Shown here piece after piece: positions 13,016-26,558 of a stretch of 64,000 bases of DNA. The DNA is from Reclinomonas americana ATCC 50394. Lineage: Eukaryota. How positions within the stretch are numbered: the stretch's first letter is position 1; each line of letters begins with the position of its first letter. The position numbers were made by a program, and so were the translations under genes. Under the pieces are notes generated by a model. The model worked only from the letters and a program-made list of their open reading frames with translations. It had not been told where the DNA came from and searched no databases. The stretch is taken from assembly GCA_048213135.1 (NCBI GenBank), contig PS015550.1, positions 1 through 64,000 of the forward strand, given 5' to 3'.

Positions 13016-14886
13016 ATGCGAAGGCCGCGCTCGTCGCCTGTTGCGACTGTGCTCCTCCTCTTCCTCCTCTGCTTCTGTTTCCTCCTTTCACCCTCGCCCT
13101 CCAGCGCCGACGCACTTGGTGACACTCGCGACTGCGATGCATCGTTTCCGTGGTCGCTCTTCACGCGCGCCAGCTGGCACCTGCTGCGTGGCGAGTCTCT
13201 GTCGTCGTCCGCCTCTCACCGCCCACCACACCATGGTGCAATGGCGCGCATCTCTGCTCCCTTTCGATTCCGTCGTCAGTGCCTCGCTGCATTCGAGTCG
13301 TGGTTGTCGCTCTCCGAGGTGTACATGACGCTGCAGTCGCCACGCAGCGGGCCCACACAGGTGCTGCATGCCGATGCCCCACTGGCGGCCGCACCACCTG
13401 GCGTCATTCGACGACACCCTGCATTCGATCGGGTGAGGAGGCGTGTGATCTTCAGAGACAAGTGATCGACTCACTCACTTGCACACCGCTGCGCACACAG
13501 GTGTCGGTGCTGTACGACGCTCCAGTGCGATTACCGACGAGTGCACGCGGCAGCAATGTCGGTCCACCAATGCTCATGCGATCGCCGACGCTCATGGAGC
13601 ACCAGCTCACCGACCCGTACCCGTCGTACTCGATCGTGGTGGAGAATGCGGTGTGTGTTCTCGCCCTCTTCCTCTGCACGAGCTGCGCGTGACCGTGACG
13701 TGCCATGTGCAGCTCGTCACTCCAGACGATGCGGTGTTCACCAAGGAGCACGTGTTGCTGGCACGTTCGTGTCTGCCGCGCGTGCTCGAGGCGCCCCGCA
13801 CGTGGGAGGCCACTGATGAGGTGCTGTTGGCCGACGCCGTGCTGCCGCTGCTGCAGATTTTCTCCGACGCACTGTTCCACATCATCATCGAGTCCCTCAC
13901 GCGCCTCATGCAAGTGTGGGACGAGGTGTACCCGGATCGCAGCATTGTGGTGCTCACACGACGGAGCACGTACGGGTCGCAGCTGACTCTGGATCTGTTT
14001 GAGGCTGTCGGCATTTCCGGCGATCGAGTTGCGCATGTGTGGTGCGGAATTTTTTGCACTCGGGATCCTCCATTCCTGACTGCCCACAGATCGTCCTCGA
14101 TCCGCCGCCGGTCATGGCACGCAAAGTGTACTTTGTGGCGGGTACCTACTGCACGCAGTCGCAGCCGTCGCTGTTGCACGAGATTGCTCGTGTCTTCAAC
14201 GTGCTGCACGGCGACATGGTGCGCGAGGTCATGCGAGAATACTGGAACTGTTGCGTCCAACGTTGCTGGTGCTGGTCAGCATGTGTATTCGCTGCTGAAT
14301 CGCACACGTGCAGCACGGCGCACTGTGCAACTGCGGACGCCGACGCCGAGCGGGCGTCCTCTGCGGCGTGTGGTGGTGATTGAGCGCAAGGGCGAGCGTG
14401 AGTTGGTGCAACACGACGAGGTGAGTGCTGTGCTTCTTTTCTTCATGCCTCCATCCTCCGTTGTGGCAAAGCTCACGTGGTGGCACACACTCATAGATCA
14501 TCGCCATGATGCAACGCGATTTCCCGCACTTTGAGATGGTGTTGTTGTCGCGCAACGCCACCGCCATGCAGGGAATCGTCGAGGTGGCCATGGCCGACAT
14601 TCTGTTTGGCGCGCACGGTGCGGGGTTCTCCTATCGCGCCTTTATCCGAGGTCGTCCGTGCGCCCACGTCGAAGTCATGTACCACGCCGGCTTCGCGTGG
14701 GGCATGACGTGGAATCCCGGTCTGGTGTTGATGGCCGCCGCGCAGGGCTGCAAGACGTTTGTGCACTTTGACGAAAAGGGCACGCAGATCAGCGCGTTGG
14801 ATGCACCAGTCGCCGATATCCGCTGGCTTCTGCAGCAGGCCGACGACTGGTTGGCCACGCAGGATGTGCGCAGGCCTTTCTCGTAG
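13016..14886 (+). CDS. Glycosyltransferase family 61-like, copy 1 (N-terminal signal/anchor)
   Basis: Hydrophobic N-terminus; LFHIIIESLTRL; IERKGERELV; ADILFGAHGAGF motif. Confidence 0.78.
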
Positions 14887-15072
14887 ACTAAAAGGAGACT
14901 GAGAGCGACGATTGCTGTCGATTTCCTCCTTCTCAGCCTGCTGCTGTTTGCGGCTACATGCGCAGAGATGGCCAGTGTCATGTCCCGGGCAGGCGACTGT
15001 GTTTTTGAGTCGCCAAGTGAAGAACAAAGGCCAGCGCGTGACTGACGCACAATTTCGTTTCTTTTTCCGACG

Positions 15073-17436
15073 ATGCACACGAGGAGAGCGCTTCTTGTCG
15101 CCCTTCTCGCCGCGGTGGTGTGTGTGACCTCATTTGTTTCTCGGTCTCCCCATCTCTCACTCTGCTGTGCTGCGTCAGGTGGTGTGCACATGTATGCTGG
15201 CATCTTCCGCCTCGATCGTCGGTGAGTATGCGTGTGTGCATTCTGCGTGCGCACACACGCACACGCTCATCATCGTCTGTCCGCAGATCAGAGCAGTGGA
15301 GACGCAGCTCTCGGCGTCTCTGCATCGCATCTCGACATCACTGCGGTGCGTTGTCTCTCGTCGGAGAGGAACTGCATGCATGTGAGACTCACGCAAACTC
15401 TGTTGCAGGTCCACGCATCGACGTCGCCTGAGGTGTTGCTGCCACACACCATCTGCCTCGTGTTGGATACAGTTTATCTCTCACACACCTCTCTTGCGCA
15501 GCACGAGGCCTGCCGACGCAACTTCCCGTGGTCACTCTTCTCGCCCGCCAGCTGGATCATGATGCGAGGCAGCAAGGCAGTCGACGACTCCTCGGGCCAG
15601 CCGCGACCACTGCACGTCGGTGCGTCGGCGCTGGTGATTCCGCCGTTCCAGATCCGCGCGGAATGTGCGGCCGCCTTCGAGTCGTGGCTGGCGCTGTCGC
15701 CCACGCTGCTGACGCTTGCTCGGGAGCCGCCACTGAAGCTGCGAGCCGAGGAACCCTTCGCTGTCATGTCGACGGCCAACAATCCGCGCTACGTGGTGCG
15801 TCGACACCCGCAGTTCGACATGGTAAGCACCCGATCTCTTCGCGTCTTTTCCTCTTTTGCGTCGCCTGAGTGTCTGTGCATGCATGATCAGCATCCTGTG
15901 CAACACGAACTGCCGGTGCGCCTGCCACACTTGCAGCAGCAGGATATTGGTCCGCCCATGATCATGCGCCCGGGCAACCTGATGGAGCACCGGCGGTCGC
16001 TGTACGTGCCGTGGGGCTCGATGGTGGTGGAGAATGCTGTTGCGTGTGTTGAAGATCTTCGGGTTATCGCCTTCGACTGCTCACTTGTGTACCTCGAGCG
16101 CAGCTCATCTCCCCACACGATGTTGTCTTCACCGACGATGCTGCCATGGAGGCGCGCTCATGTCGTACCGCGGACGCCAACCCGCAGCCAATGCCGATCG
16201 AGTGGTCGGTGAACCAGGCCGCGCTGCTGTTGGACGCGGCGCTGCCACTCATGCAGCTCTTCTCCCATCGCCTCTATCACATCATTGTCGAGTCGCTGCC
16301 GAGACTCATTGCGGTGCGTGGCGCGAAAAGTACAAGTTGGAAGCGACGTGAGAGACTGCTCACCTCGCACGCACACCTGCAGGTGTGGGACGAGGTGTAT
16401 GCCGATCGCAGCATCTTCATCTTGGCCAGTGCCGTCGAGCACGGCGACCAGGTGGTGGTCGACACGTTTGCCGCGGTCGGCATTCCACGCGAGCGAGTTG
16501 CGTGCCGTGTGGTTTACATAGCTGCACGCGCTGCTGTCACTTCGGTCGCTGGTCTCACGACGGCGCAGTTGATACTGAGTCCACCACCGGTCATGGCGCG
16601 CAAGGTGTACCTGGTGTCTGGTGTGTTTTGCACGCACCCGCATGCGACCGTGATACAAGGCATTCGTCGCGTGTTTGAGACTCTGCATGGTGACATGGTG
16701 CGAGCGGCTCTGCGGCAGTTGTGGGAGCGTTGCGTGGGCAGCCGCGCCTTGTGCTCTTGCAGTCTGTCACCCTCACACCTGCGCAGCGAATCGCCGACTG
16801 TGGGTTCGTGACGGGCCGCTGACGCGTCGTCGTGCCGTGCGCCGCATGGCCGTGTTCCAGCGCACGAAAACTCGTGCCCTGGTCGAGCACAACGAGGTGC
16901 GCACGACCGCATGTAGTCGATCGCTGTGTTTCGTTGCTGACGACGGCAGACACGCAGATTATGCACATGCTGCGGACCGAATTCCCCCACTTCGAGGTGC
17001 AAGTGATCCCCGACAACGCCACCGTCGCGCAGGGCATTCTGGCGGTGGCCAACGCTCATGTTTTGTTCGGGCCGCACGGTGCCGGCTTTGCGTTTGCGGC
17101 GTTTGGCATTGGCCGGCCGTGCGCTCACGTGGAGGTCACGTACGGTGGCAACGACAGAGGCATGTCGTGGAATCCGTGCCAGTTGGACGTCACGGCAGCA
17201 CATGTTGCGTGAAGAGGAGAAAGAAGGAGTGGGAAAGCGAGTGTCACCGCTCACCGCCACAGCAGGGATGCAAACAATTCTTCCTTTTTGACGAGTTCTC
17301 CAGCCAAATGCACCCGACAATCTCGGCACCGGTGAACGACGTGCGGTGGATCATGCAGCAGGTGGACGAGTGGCTCGAGTCGCAAATGCCTCTAACAGTA
17401 CCCGACGACGACGACGGAGACGGAGTATTTGGTTGA
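15073..17436 (+). CDS. Glycosyltransferase family 61-like, copy 2
   Basis: Paralog of copy 1 (FPWSLF, LYHIIVESLPRL, VLFGPHGAGF); start exons approximate. Confidence 0.76.
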
Positions 17437-17474
17437 GTGAAATCGTCCTGCTCCGCTACTACAACGCGACACGA

Positions 17475-19404
17475 ATGCCGAGCGCGCCTCGCCTCCTTTT
17501 CCGCCTCGCATTCCTCTGCTGCCTCCTCCTCCTCTCCCACACTCCACTCTCCTCCTCCGCCACACACGACAACGACGCCTGCGAAGACAACTTTCCGTGG
17601 TCACTCTTCGCCCCACGCTCATGGAGAATGGTGGTCGGCAGCGACGAGCTGCTCGACGACAGCATGCGTCCTTTACACAAGGGCGCCATGGCACACATCA
17701 GCGCACCCTTCCACCCACGTCTGTCGCGTTGCCGATCGCCCTGGTTGACAATCACTCGTGAGGCAATGAGTCTGCGAGAACCGCGTGTCGGGCCCGCCCA
17801 GGTGCTGCAAGAGTATGAGCCGTATGATATGATGGTGTCGACGGGGAATCCGCGGTGTACTCTGCGTCGACATCCGCGTTTTGATCGAGTTGAGTGAGGG
17901 CATGGAGATGATGATGATTGTCATTAGGCAGCTCAATTCCGTTCTCTTTCTGCAGCAACGTGTGCAGTACGCGATGCCTGTGCGACCGCCGCATGTGCGA
18001 CCGGAGGGAGTTGGCTCGCCGTTTGATCCGCGTCCGGGTGACATGATGGAGCACCGCCTGTCGAACCACATGCCATCGCACTCGATTGTTGTCGAGAATG
18101 CTGTTGCGTGCGTGCATGTCTTTGTGTGCAATGCATCTGATGCTCACTGGGAAAGAGAGAGCAGGTGGTGGCGCACAGTGGATTGGTGTTCACGCCCGAG
18201 TACATGCTGGCGCCGATCTCCTGCGAGTCCTTCAACCCCGATTTCCCGATGCAGTGGGAGACCACCACGAGTGCCGTGCTGGTGGATGCCGTGTTGCCGT
18301 TGCTGCAGGCGTTCTCCGGTGGCCTGTATCACACGGTGGGGGAGTCTCTGCCGCGGCTCATGCAGGTGTGGGACGAGGTGTATCCCGATCGGAGCATCGT
18401 GATTGCCACCACCAGCAGCGACTATGGAGCGCAAATGATGTATGATTTGTACGCGGCCGTGGGCATTCCGGCGGAGAGGGTGAGTGCGCGCCCTGTATGA
18501 GTGCAGAGAGAGTGTGTATATGTGGGCAAGCGAATAACCGTGTATGTGTGTGCATGTGCAGATCATCCTCGATCCGCCGGCGATCCTGGCCAAGAAAGTC
18601 TATTACGTTGGTGGTGTGTACTGCACCGATGCACAACGGTCGCTGGTGCACGAGATGAATCGTGTCTTTGACTTGCTGCACGGCGACATGGTGCGATCGG
18701 CTCTGCGCGAGCTGTGGCAACGTTGCGCGTGCATGCGCATTCATCTTTTATTGTCTTGTGTATCAACCACCACTTCGCTCGCTACAGCCAAGCGCTCTGT
18801 GCGGTTGCGCACCGATACCCCGTCTGGACGTGCTCTCCGACGCGTGGTGGTCATCAGCCGGGAAGGCCGGCGAGTCTTGGCTCGTGAGAGCGAGGTGAGT
18901 CTCTGTTGTCCTTTTTCTGAAATCATCTGTTCAGGTCCGTTGACGATTGCGGCGTGCAGGTCGTGGAGGCCATGCGACGCGAGTTTCCACATTTCGACGT
19001 GCATGTGCTACCGGCCAGCACATCAGTCGCCGCTGGCATCCTTGCAGTGCGTCACGCGCACATTCTGTTCGGCGCACACGGAGCTGGCTTTGCGTACGCT
19101 GCTTTCGGTGCCACTCGCCCGTGTGCCCACGTGGAGATCACGTACGGCCGTCGCCTCCCCTACTTTATGAAGTGGAACCCGTGCCAGATGATCCTGTCGG
19201 CGCCACACGTTCGTCGCCATCGCTTTTGCGGAGAAAATCCGACGCAGTCGCCACTGACTTATTGGTCTGCAGGGTTGCAAGCCGTTCTTTTTGTTCGACG
19301 ACGACGCGGAACAGCATGCACCAGCACTCAAGGCCCCATGGGACGACATTCGATGGCTCTTGCAACAGGCAGACGAGTGGCTGGACTCGCAGCGATTGCC
19401 GTGA
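17475..19404 (+). CDS. Glycosyltransferase family 61-like, copy 3
   Basis: Signal peptide, FPWSLF, LYHTVGESLPRL, ILFGAHGAGF; shared intron positions with copies 1 and 2. Confidence 0.78.
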
Positions 19405-19590
19405 AAGTAAGTCACGTGTACGTGATCGATCGGCCTGTCGAAGTCCGCAGCGACGAAAGCGCGAAAAAGCCGCCTGTCGCTGGCCAGCGGAGCTCACCTC
19501 CATGCGCCATCACGTCGAGCCACACGTCCGCTCGAGAGAATGAAGACGTTCATCGCGACTTGTCCTTTGTCATCTTCGTCAAATTCAATC

Positions 19591-22356
19591 ATGAGTGCCG
19601 AGGGGGAGGCCAGTGGCTCATCGCCCACCATGTCAGACATCACATCGCTCATGTCGCAACGCCAGTGGAAGCGCGCCGACGAGCAACTCACGGCCATGCT
19701 CACCGATTCCTCTGCTCCTGCAGTTGCTTCCACACAGATGTTTTTTCGCGCGCAAAATCACACGCACTCTCTCAACTGAGGATTGCTACAGACTCAACGC
19801 GCGGCCGCATTGCTTGCACGGAGTGTGACGCGAGTGCGACAGACAGAGGCAGTCGACTTGGAGTTCTCACAGAGCGCAGAGGTGATTGAGCGGCGAACGG
19901 AGTTGTTGAATCAAGTGAGTGTGCGTGTTCTCTCCGGGAGCCCTGATTCACGCACTCATTCGGGCGGTCGTCTTGCAAGGCTCTGGCGGATGTGGAAGCT
20001 GCGCGAGAGGCCGACAGCGGCATGTCGCCAGTGGTCTATCTGATGCACAAGGGCGACGCGCTGGTGCATCGCAAGTCGGTGCCTGGATCAATCCGCGAAG
20101 GTCACTCGCCCCGAGCAAGCAAGAAGCTGTGCTGTATGTGCTCACGGCCTCTCTCCGTGCAGGACTCACGTGCCTGCTGCAGGCCGCTGAGCAGGAGCCA
20201 GAGAACGCCGAGTGCCTGATTCGTTTGGGTCACGCACACTTGAGCTGTGCGGACTTGGCCAGCGCCGAGGCAGCGTGGCGCAAGGCCGTGGGCCTGGCGC
20301 CCGACTCGGTGGAGGCCGTGCACTGGCTGGCGGTGGCGTTGGACTTGCTGGGCCGAGGCCACGAGTCGGTGTCGATGTTCATTGTTGAGTTGTCGCGCGG
20401 GAAGGCAATGAGATCCCACAGACTCATCGTCACTCGTGCACACAGCGTGCAGTCAAGTTGGAGGCCAACGACGCCGAGATCTACATTCACCGCGGCATGG
20501 CGATGGAGCGGCTGAAGAGAGTTTCGTCCTTGCGTGCATCTCGTACGATGATGACCTGGGAGGCTGACTGGGGCCGGCACACAGTTCCACGAAGCGTTCA
20601 CCGATTACGAGCAAGCCGTGGCACTCGAGCCCAACAACCCACGCGCTCTGCGGCTGCGTGGTCAGCTCCACCTGTCCATGGGCAAGCCGGTGCTGGCCGA
20701 GCGTGATCTGACCGCGTCGGTGAGATCACCTTTCTTTGCACACTCAGTGTGTCTGCCACTTGTCTCACTTGTGGAGTGCGCAGATCACGTTGTGCCCGGA
20801 GCAAGACTTTTTGGTGTACGCGTTGCGTGCGCGCTCCTTTGATGCCATTTGCTCCGTGACGCAGTCGGGTCGGGAAACCGAGGCACCCGTGGACCCGGCC
20901 GCCCTCGGCACGATGGCGCAGCGTTCCGTTGCCGATCTCACGCACGTGTTGAGCAAGGTACGCATCGTGAGGTCGAACCGAGAGACTATGTCGTTGATGC
21001 TGACCTGCCGTACTCAGGATCCGAAAAACCTCGATGCGCTGCGTGGCCGTGCAGCCATTCGGGCCAACTATTTGCAGGAGATCGACGCGGCGCTGCAGGT
21101 GTGTGTGACTCGTATCTCGCGCGTGCGCACACACTGTCGTTGGTCTTGACTCTTGAATGCACCAGGACTACGAGCGTGTGATCGAGCTGGACCCCGATCC
21201 AATGCCAACGGTTTTGCTCTCCTACGCCAGGCTAATGTGCCTCCACTGCCCCGACAACAAGTACGCAGCACTCGATGCGTTCTCGCGCAGCATCCATGCG
21301 ATGGAGCGTGAGGTGATTCTTTGTCATGTGCTACTGCGACTGCATGTCTCGTTGCTCACATTGGCGCCATATCAAGTCCGACCGCGGTTACTGGTCGGCC
21401 GAGTTGTGTGACGCGCTGTACGATCAAGCGTGGATCGAGCGTGAGTTGGGCCTGTACGAGGAGGCCGTGCGCGACTACTCGCGGATTGGGCACATTGAGA
21501 AGATCCAGCCCGACGTGTTCCCCCGCTGGCTGATGGAGCGCGCGGCCGATCGCATTGTGCTCAACGATCAGTTGCGTGTTGGTGGCATGCACAGTTTTGT
21601 GATTCGTCATCCTCACTCTCGTCTTTCTCTGGCATGCAGTGCGCTGGCGATGCGCGATCTGCTGGCCGTCCTGCACCACTCACCCGACAGCACCGACGCA
21701 CAAGAGACCATGCAGGAACTGGTGTCGCGCGGGTGCACTGCGGCCGATGCCGCCACCGAGGATCTGGATCCGGTGTCGCCTCCGGGCCTGCTGTTCTCCA
21801 TTCGCCGTCTGAAGGCGCGAGGCAGCGAGATGCTGCGCGAGGAGGGCGTGCCACTGGAGCACTGTGTGGCGCAGTACGAGCGCACAGTGGGTTTCTTCGA
21901 GGAGCTGGAGACGCACAAGCGCAAGATGACCGAGGAGGAGAGGGAAGAGGAACGCAGATTGCGCATCTCCATCCACAACAACATTGCGCTGTGCCAGTTG
22001 CGCGGCGGCCGTCCGGACGCGGCTCGTGCCCTGTGCGCGCAGGTGTTGGAGTTGGATCCCAGCAACATCAAGGCCCGCATGCATCTCTTCATGGTGGCCA
22101 CGGCGCAGCACAACGACGTGGAGGCGCTGAAGGCGCTGGAGAGCGTCGAGGATCAGCTGCCCGAAGAATTCCGCAGGTGCGTTCTTGTGCACGCTGTTTC
22201 TCAACACCTACTGCCTACTCATGTTGTATACTGCCAAACAGCCGTCTGGACGAGCTCCGACGACGAGTGGGTGACGTGCCAGCTGAAGTCGCCGCCGCCG
22301 CCGCCGTTGTGGAGGCACCGCCACCGGCCGAGGTGTCAGCCGAACCGGCACCATAG
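19591..22356 (+). CDS. Tetratricopeptide-repeat protein
   Basis: Many TPR-type helices (AECLIRLGHAHL..AEAAWRKAVGLAP; DYEQAVALEPNNPRALRLRG; NNIALCQLR..QVLELDPSNIKA). Confidence 0.8.
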
Positions 22357-22490
22357 ATGTAGACGGAGGGGTACTGGCCTGAGGAGTGGATGTGAGTGAA
22401 CAAGAGATTGACGAACCTCAAAGGGTGAACGAACTTCGAGCTGGGAGTTGTCCCTGCGTCCGTGTAATTCCGTCGTTTGGTGTCGGTGCC

Positions 22491-25400
22491 ATGGGTCAGA
22501 AGCAGTCTCGCAGTGGTGGTGCTGGCGGCCTGTACGCCGGCGATGGCTCCGCGCGAGTGGTCGACCTGCCGTGCACCGCCTTTGGCAGCTCACAACCTGT
22601 GCTGCTCGTCGGTCCCAACATGAATGACAATGCGATCATTGTGGTGCAGACGTTGCAGATTCGTTGCGTAGGGCGTTGCAAGAGAAGAGTGGGAGCAGTG
22701 CAGAGGGTGCGGGTGCATGCATGTGTCGCGGAATAACTGTTGTCTCTTATGTGAGAGAGAGAGGCGCACTTGCCTTGCATGGTGTTCTTGCGAGTGTGTA
22801 CAAGAGCGTGTGTCTGTCTCTCCCCCGCCGTCCGCCTGTGTGTGCGTGTGTGTGAGAGAGGGGAAGAGCGAGGACATGGCAATGACCGACCCCCCTTTCC
22901 ACTCTCACAGAGAAGCGCAAGACCGACGCGCAGCTCAAGTGGAAGACCACACTGACGCGCGAGGCGCTGTGTGCGACCATCTGCGAGGACAAGTACGTGG
23001 CGGTGGGATTTGGCGACGGAAGTGTCACAGTCTTTGAGGTTTGCATGCCTTCCGCATGCTGCTGTTGATGTGGAAGTGACACTGAGGTGCGCGCTCTGTG
23101 TGACAGCTGGAGGGTGGCAAGGAGATTGCCGTGCTGGCGGCTGCAGTGGCGTCTGGAGCACGTGCCCCGGCCATCACTGCCGTGTGTGCCGTGGACAAGT
23201 CGCGCATTCTCACTGGTGAGCGCGTCTCTCAAACGAAGCTCGTTTTTTGTGATTGATGTTTGATGCTGTGTGTCAGGTGGCACTGACGGACTTGTGCGTC
23301 TGTGGTCGGTGGATGAGAGCGCTCTGCTGCGACAATTCGCAGATACGGCGGCGATCTTGGCGGATACGGATCCCGCGGCGCCGGTCCCATCGCCCTCGTC
23401 GTCGTCTTCGTTGCCGCCGAGTGTGTCGGCTCTGAGCGTCTCTCGGGCGTACTTTACGGGTCCGCCGCAGATCTTTGTGTCGGCCGGCTACGACAATGGC
23501 AATGTGACGCAGTTTGATTTGGAGACGGGCGCGCAGGCAAGTCGCTGCCGCTCTGCCGACGAGGCGTGCACTCTCTTACTTATTGCCATGCAGACCGTGT
23601 CTCTGGGTGCTGGAGCCTCATCCGGACCGCGAGTCATCAGCTTGGCCACATACACCAGTGCCCGCTTGCTGTTGTTTTGCACCTCGGACGGCCTGCTGCA
23701 TGGGTGGAACCTCGAGGGCTCCCAGATCACGCAGAACATTGCGTATGCGGCGCTCAGTCTCGTGTACGTCACTACGGTCGACGGCGTGCTGGCGGCCGAC
23801 CGCGACGGCAATGTGTCGCTGATTCGGCGATCGGGTGATGGCCAGTCGCTGCATCTGGAGCGCGTGTGGAAGGTGGCCAGCAACATTGCCCTCACGCGAC
23901 TGGTGTACTCGGAGGCGTACGACGCGTGCTTCATTGCCGGTGGTGACATGTCGGTGCGCTTCGCCGTCAAGATGTTTGAGCTGGCCGGGCTCAACATTGA
24001 CGCGCTGCGGGGTGAGTTTTGCACAACTCGTCATTCCACCAACTAAATTCCAAGCTCTCACTGTGCATCCTCCCACGTGCAGTGTCTGCGGCCAAGGCCA
24101 GCACGTTGAGCGCTGATGAAGGTCGGTGATGGCGCACGCGAGAGAGATGCACTGTTGTTTGCACAAGAGACTGACGAGCAATGAGTTGCAGTTCACGATC
24201 TGGTGCATCAGCTGATCGCGCTCGGTTTGGAGCACGAGGTGGACGAGGAGGATGCCCTTACCGGTAGCATTCTGGGTGTGTGTGCATACTCCGTGCGCAC
24301 ATGTTGGTGTTTCCTCTGCCTCCTGACGTGTGAGTGCAGGCGCCATGTCGGAGGTGGAAGCCAAGGAGCTGTCCATGGGCAAAGTGTGCGACATTTTGGA
24401 CGAGCGCGCCAGCATGATTCCATCGCAGGCACCGCTTGCCGCCATCAGCGACTCGATTCGCGACGGTGTGCAACAGCTGAATGCAGAGCTCGGTCACTCG
24501 CTGCAACAGCACGTGGACGAGGCGGTGGCGGCGCGCTCCCGCATTGCCAAGCGCTACCATGCTCACCTCATTCCGACCTACGGCAAGGCGCAGCTGGAGT
24601 CGGCGCACAACTATCTCATGCAGGAGATGCTTGAGCGCCATCAACGCGAACTCGAGGAGTTGTCGGTAAGTGCTTCATTTTCTTATTTGCGGATGCTGTC
24701 GGAAGCTCACCCATGCATCTCGACAGGCTCACTGCAAGGAGGAGCTGCGACGCTTCGAAAGCGAGATTCCTGTGGCGCACGAGCAGGCGGCTGGCGAAAT
24801 GGATGCAGTGGTGCAGAATGCGGAGAAGCGGCGCCACCAGCTCGAGTCGCAGACTTGCACTCGACTCTTGTCGCTCCTCGACGAACGGCTATCGTACCCC
24901 AAGTTCAGCGCCCGCTACTTGATCGGTTGGTGTTCTGGCTGCGTGGAGGGTTGCTGTGTTTTTTTTTGTGTTGACGCCTTGTGTGTGCAGTGTGTCCCAT
25001 TGATTTCAAGCGACCGGAACTCGACGTGTACTGTGGCCTCGACACCGAGCAGTCGGAGCAGGTAACTGTCAGAATATACCCGGGCGAGCACTACCCACTC
25101 GAGCCCGTATTGCGCAACCACAGCGGCGTGCTGCAAGTGCGCGATGTGGTGTACCATTCGGGCAAGACGTACGTCATCCTCGAGCACGTGCGGGTGCGTC
25201 ACATCCCTTTTATTCATTGTCACTCGTGCGTAATGTGTGTTGCTGATGAGTGGTGACGTGCAGGAAACACTGGCGCAGTTCGTGGAGCGCATGACCGGTC
25301 CCTCCAGCAGCGACCGCCTCGACGAGGAGGTGGTGGCACGCATCACATTCTCAGTGTTGCGTCATTAATATTGCTCGTACTCTCGACTCGGACACGTCAC

Positions 25401-26558
25401 TTACACGCACGCATGCAGTTTGGACACGCTGGCCGCCTTGCACACAAACAAGGTGACCCACCGCGACATTCGGCCGTCGCACATTTTCCTGGCGGGCTCC
25501 GAGCGTGAGCCGGAAGTCAAGCTGCTGCACGTGGGTCTTCGCGCCGCACTCACCGGTCTGGAGGCCACCGAGTTCAACACGGTAGGCGACCGTGATGCCC
25601 GCCGTCACCGTGTTCCCAATGCGCACCTCATTCGCGTGTATGCCGGCGCAGATTTTTGGCGCTCCAGAGCTGCTGCTCTGCCGCATGATGTACGACAGCG
25701 ATATTTGGGCGGCCGGCATGGTCATTCTGTCGATGTTGCAGAGTCGGGGTCAGCGTCAGGAGCCGCTGTTGTTGGGCGACCGCACCAGCATCTTCCGTGC
25801 CATGTTCCAGGTGCGTGGGACACTTTTCGGCCGCTTCGTGTGTCGGTGCGGTTTCTGATTTTCTGTCTGTGGTGCAGCTGCTGTCTGTGTCCGGCGATGA
25901 AGCGTATCACTTTTCAAAGAACTGCGGACTCACCGACGAGGATGCCGACAAGTATGCGCAAGTTGCCGACGCGGAATCGGCCAAGTCCGCTCACCGCCTG
26001 CGTGACGTGCGTGTGTCGGAACAGTGTCGGACGCGACCCTTCACGCGTTGTTCATCTATCTATCGGTACAGGTCATTGAGGGCGCATCGGCACGCGGTAT
26101 CGACGTGGTGCTCATGATGCTGGCGTTCTTGCCGGAGAAGCGGTGAGCTCGCGCGGCATTTGACGTCGCACCGTGGTGAATGGTCTCTAATATTGTTGAT
26201 GCTCTCGTCAGTGCGACGCTGCACGAAGCCATGCAGCACTCGTTCTTCTCGCAGTTCAATCTGGTACCCAAGACGCCGGCACTCCCGCCACGCGCGGCTG
26301 TGGCGACCACATTTAGTTGCGTGCAAGTGTCTCTTTCGCTTTGCAGTCGTCACGCTGAAAGAAGGATTTGCAGCTCGCGCTGTGCCTGCCGTGGCCGTCG
26401 CTGCCCCGCCACCGCCCGCTGCTGCTGCTGCGCCTGCGGTTGCCGTGGCCGCCCCACCAGCTGCTGCTGCTGCTGCTGCTGCTCCTGCTGCTGCTTATCC
26501 GTCTCCTCCACCCGCCCCGCCCGCTGTGGCTGTTGCTGTGGCGTCACCGCCAGTGGCC
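22491..26558 (+). CDS. N-myristoylated WD40-repeat + coiled-coil + pseudokinase protein with Pro/Ala tail (3' end in gap)
   Basis: MGQKQS start; WD-like GGTDGLVRLW, AGYDNGNVTQFD, TSDGLLHGWN; kinase fold HRDIRPSHIF, KLLHVG, APELL, DIWAAG. Confidence 0.65.

Noticed and set aside
22491-26558. Calling the WD40/pseudokinase gene VPS15
   Set aside because: Domain order is reversed and no Vps15-specific motifs were recognised.
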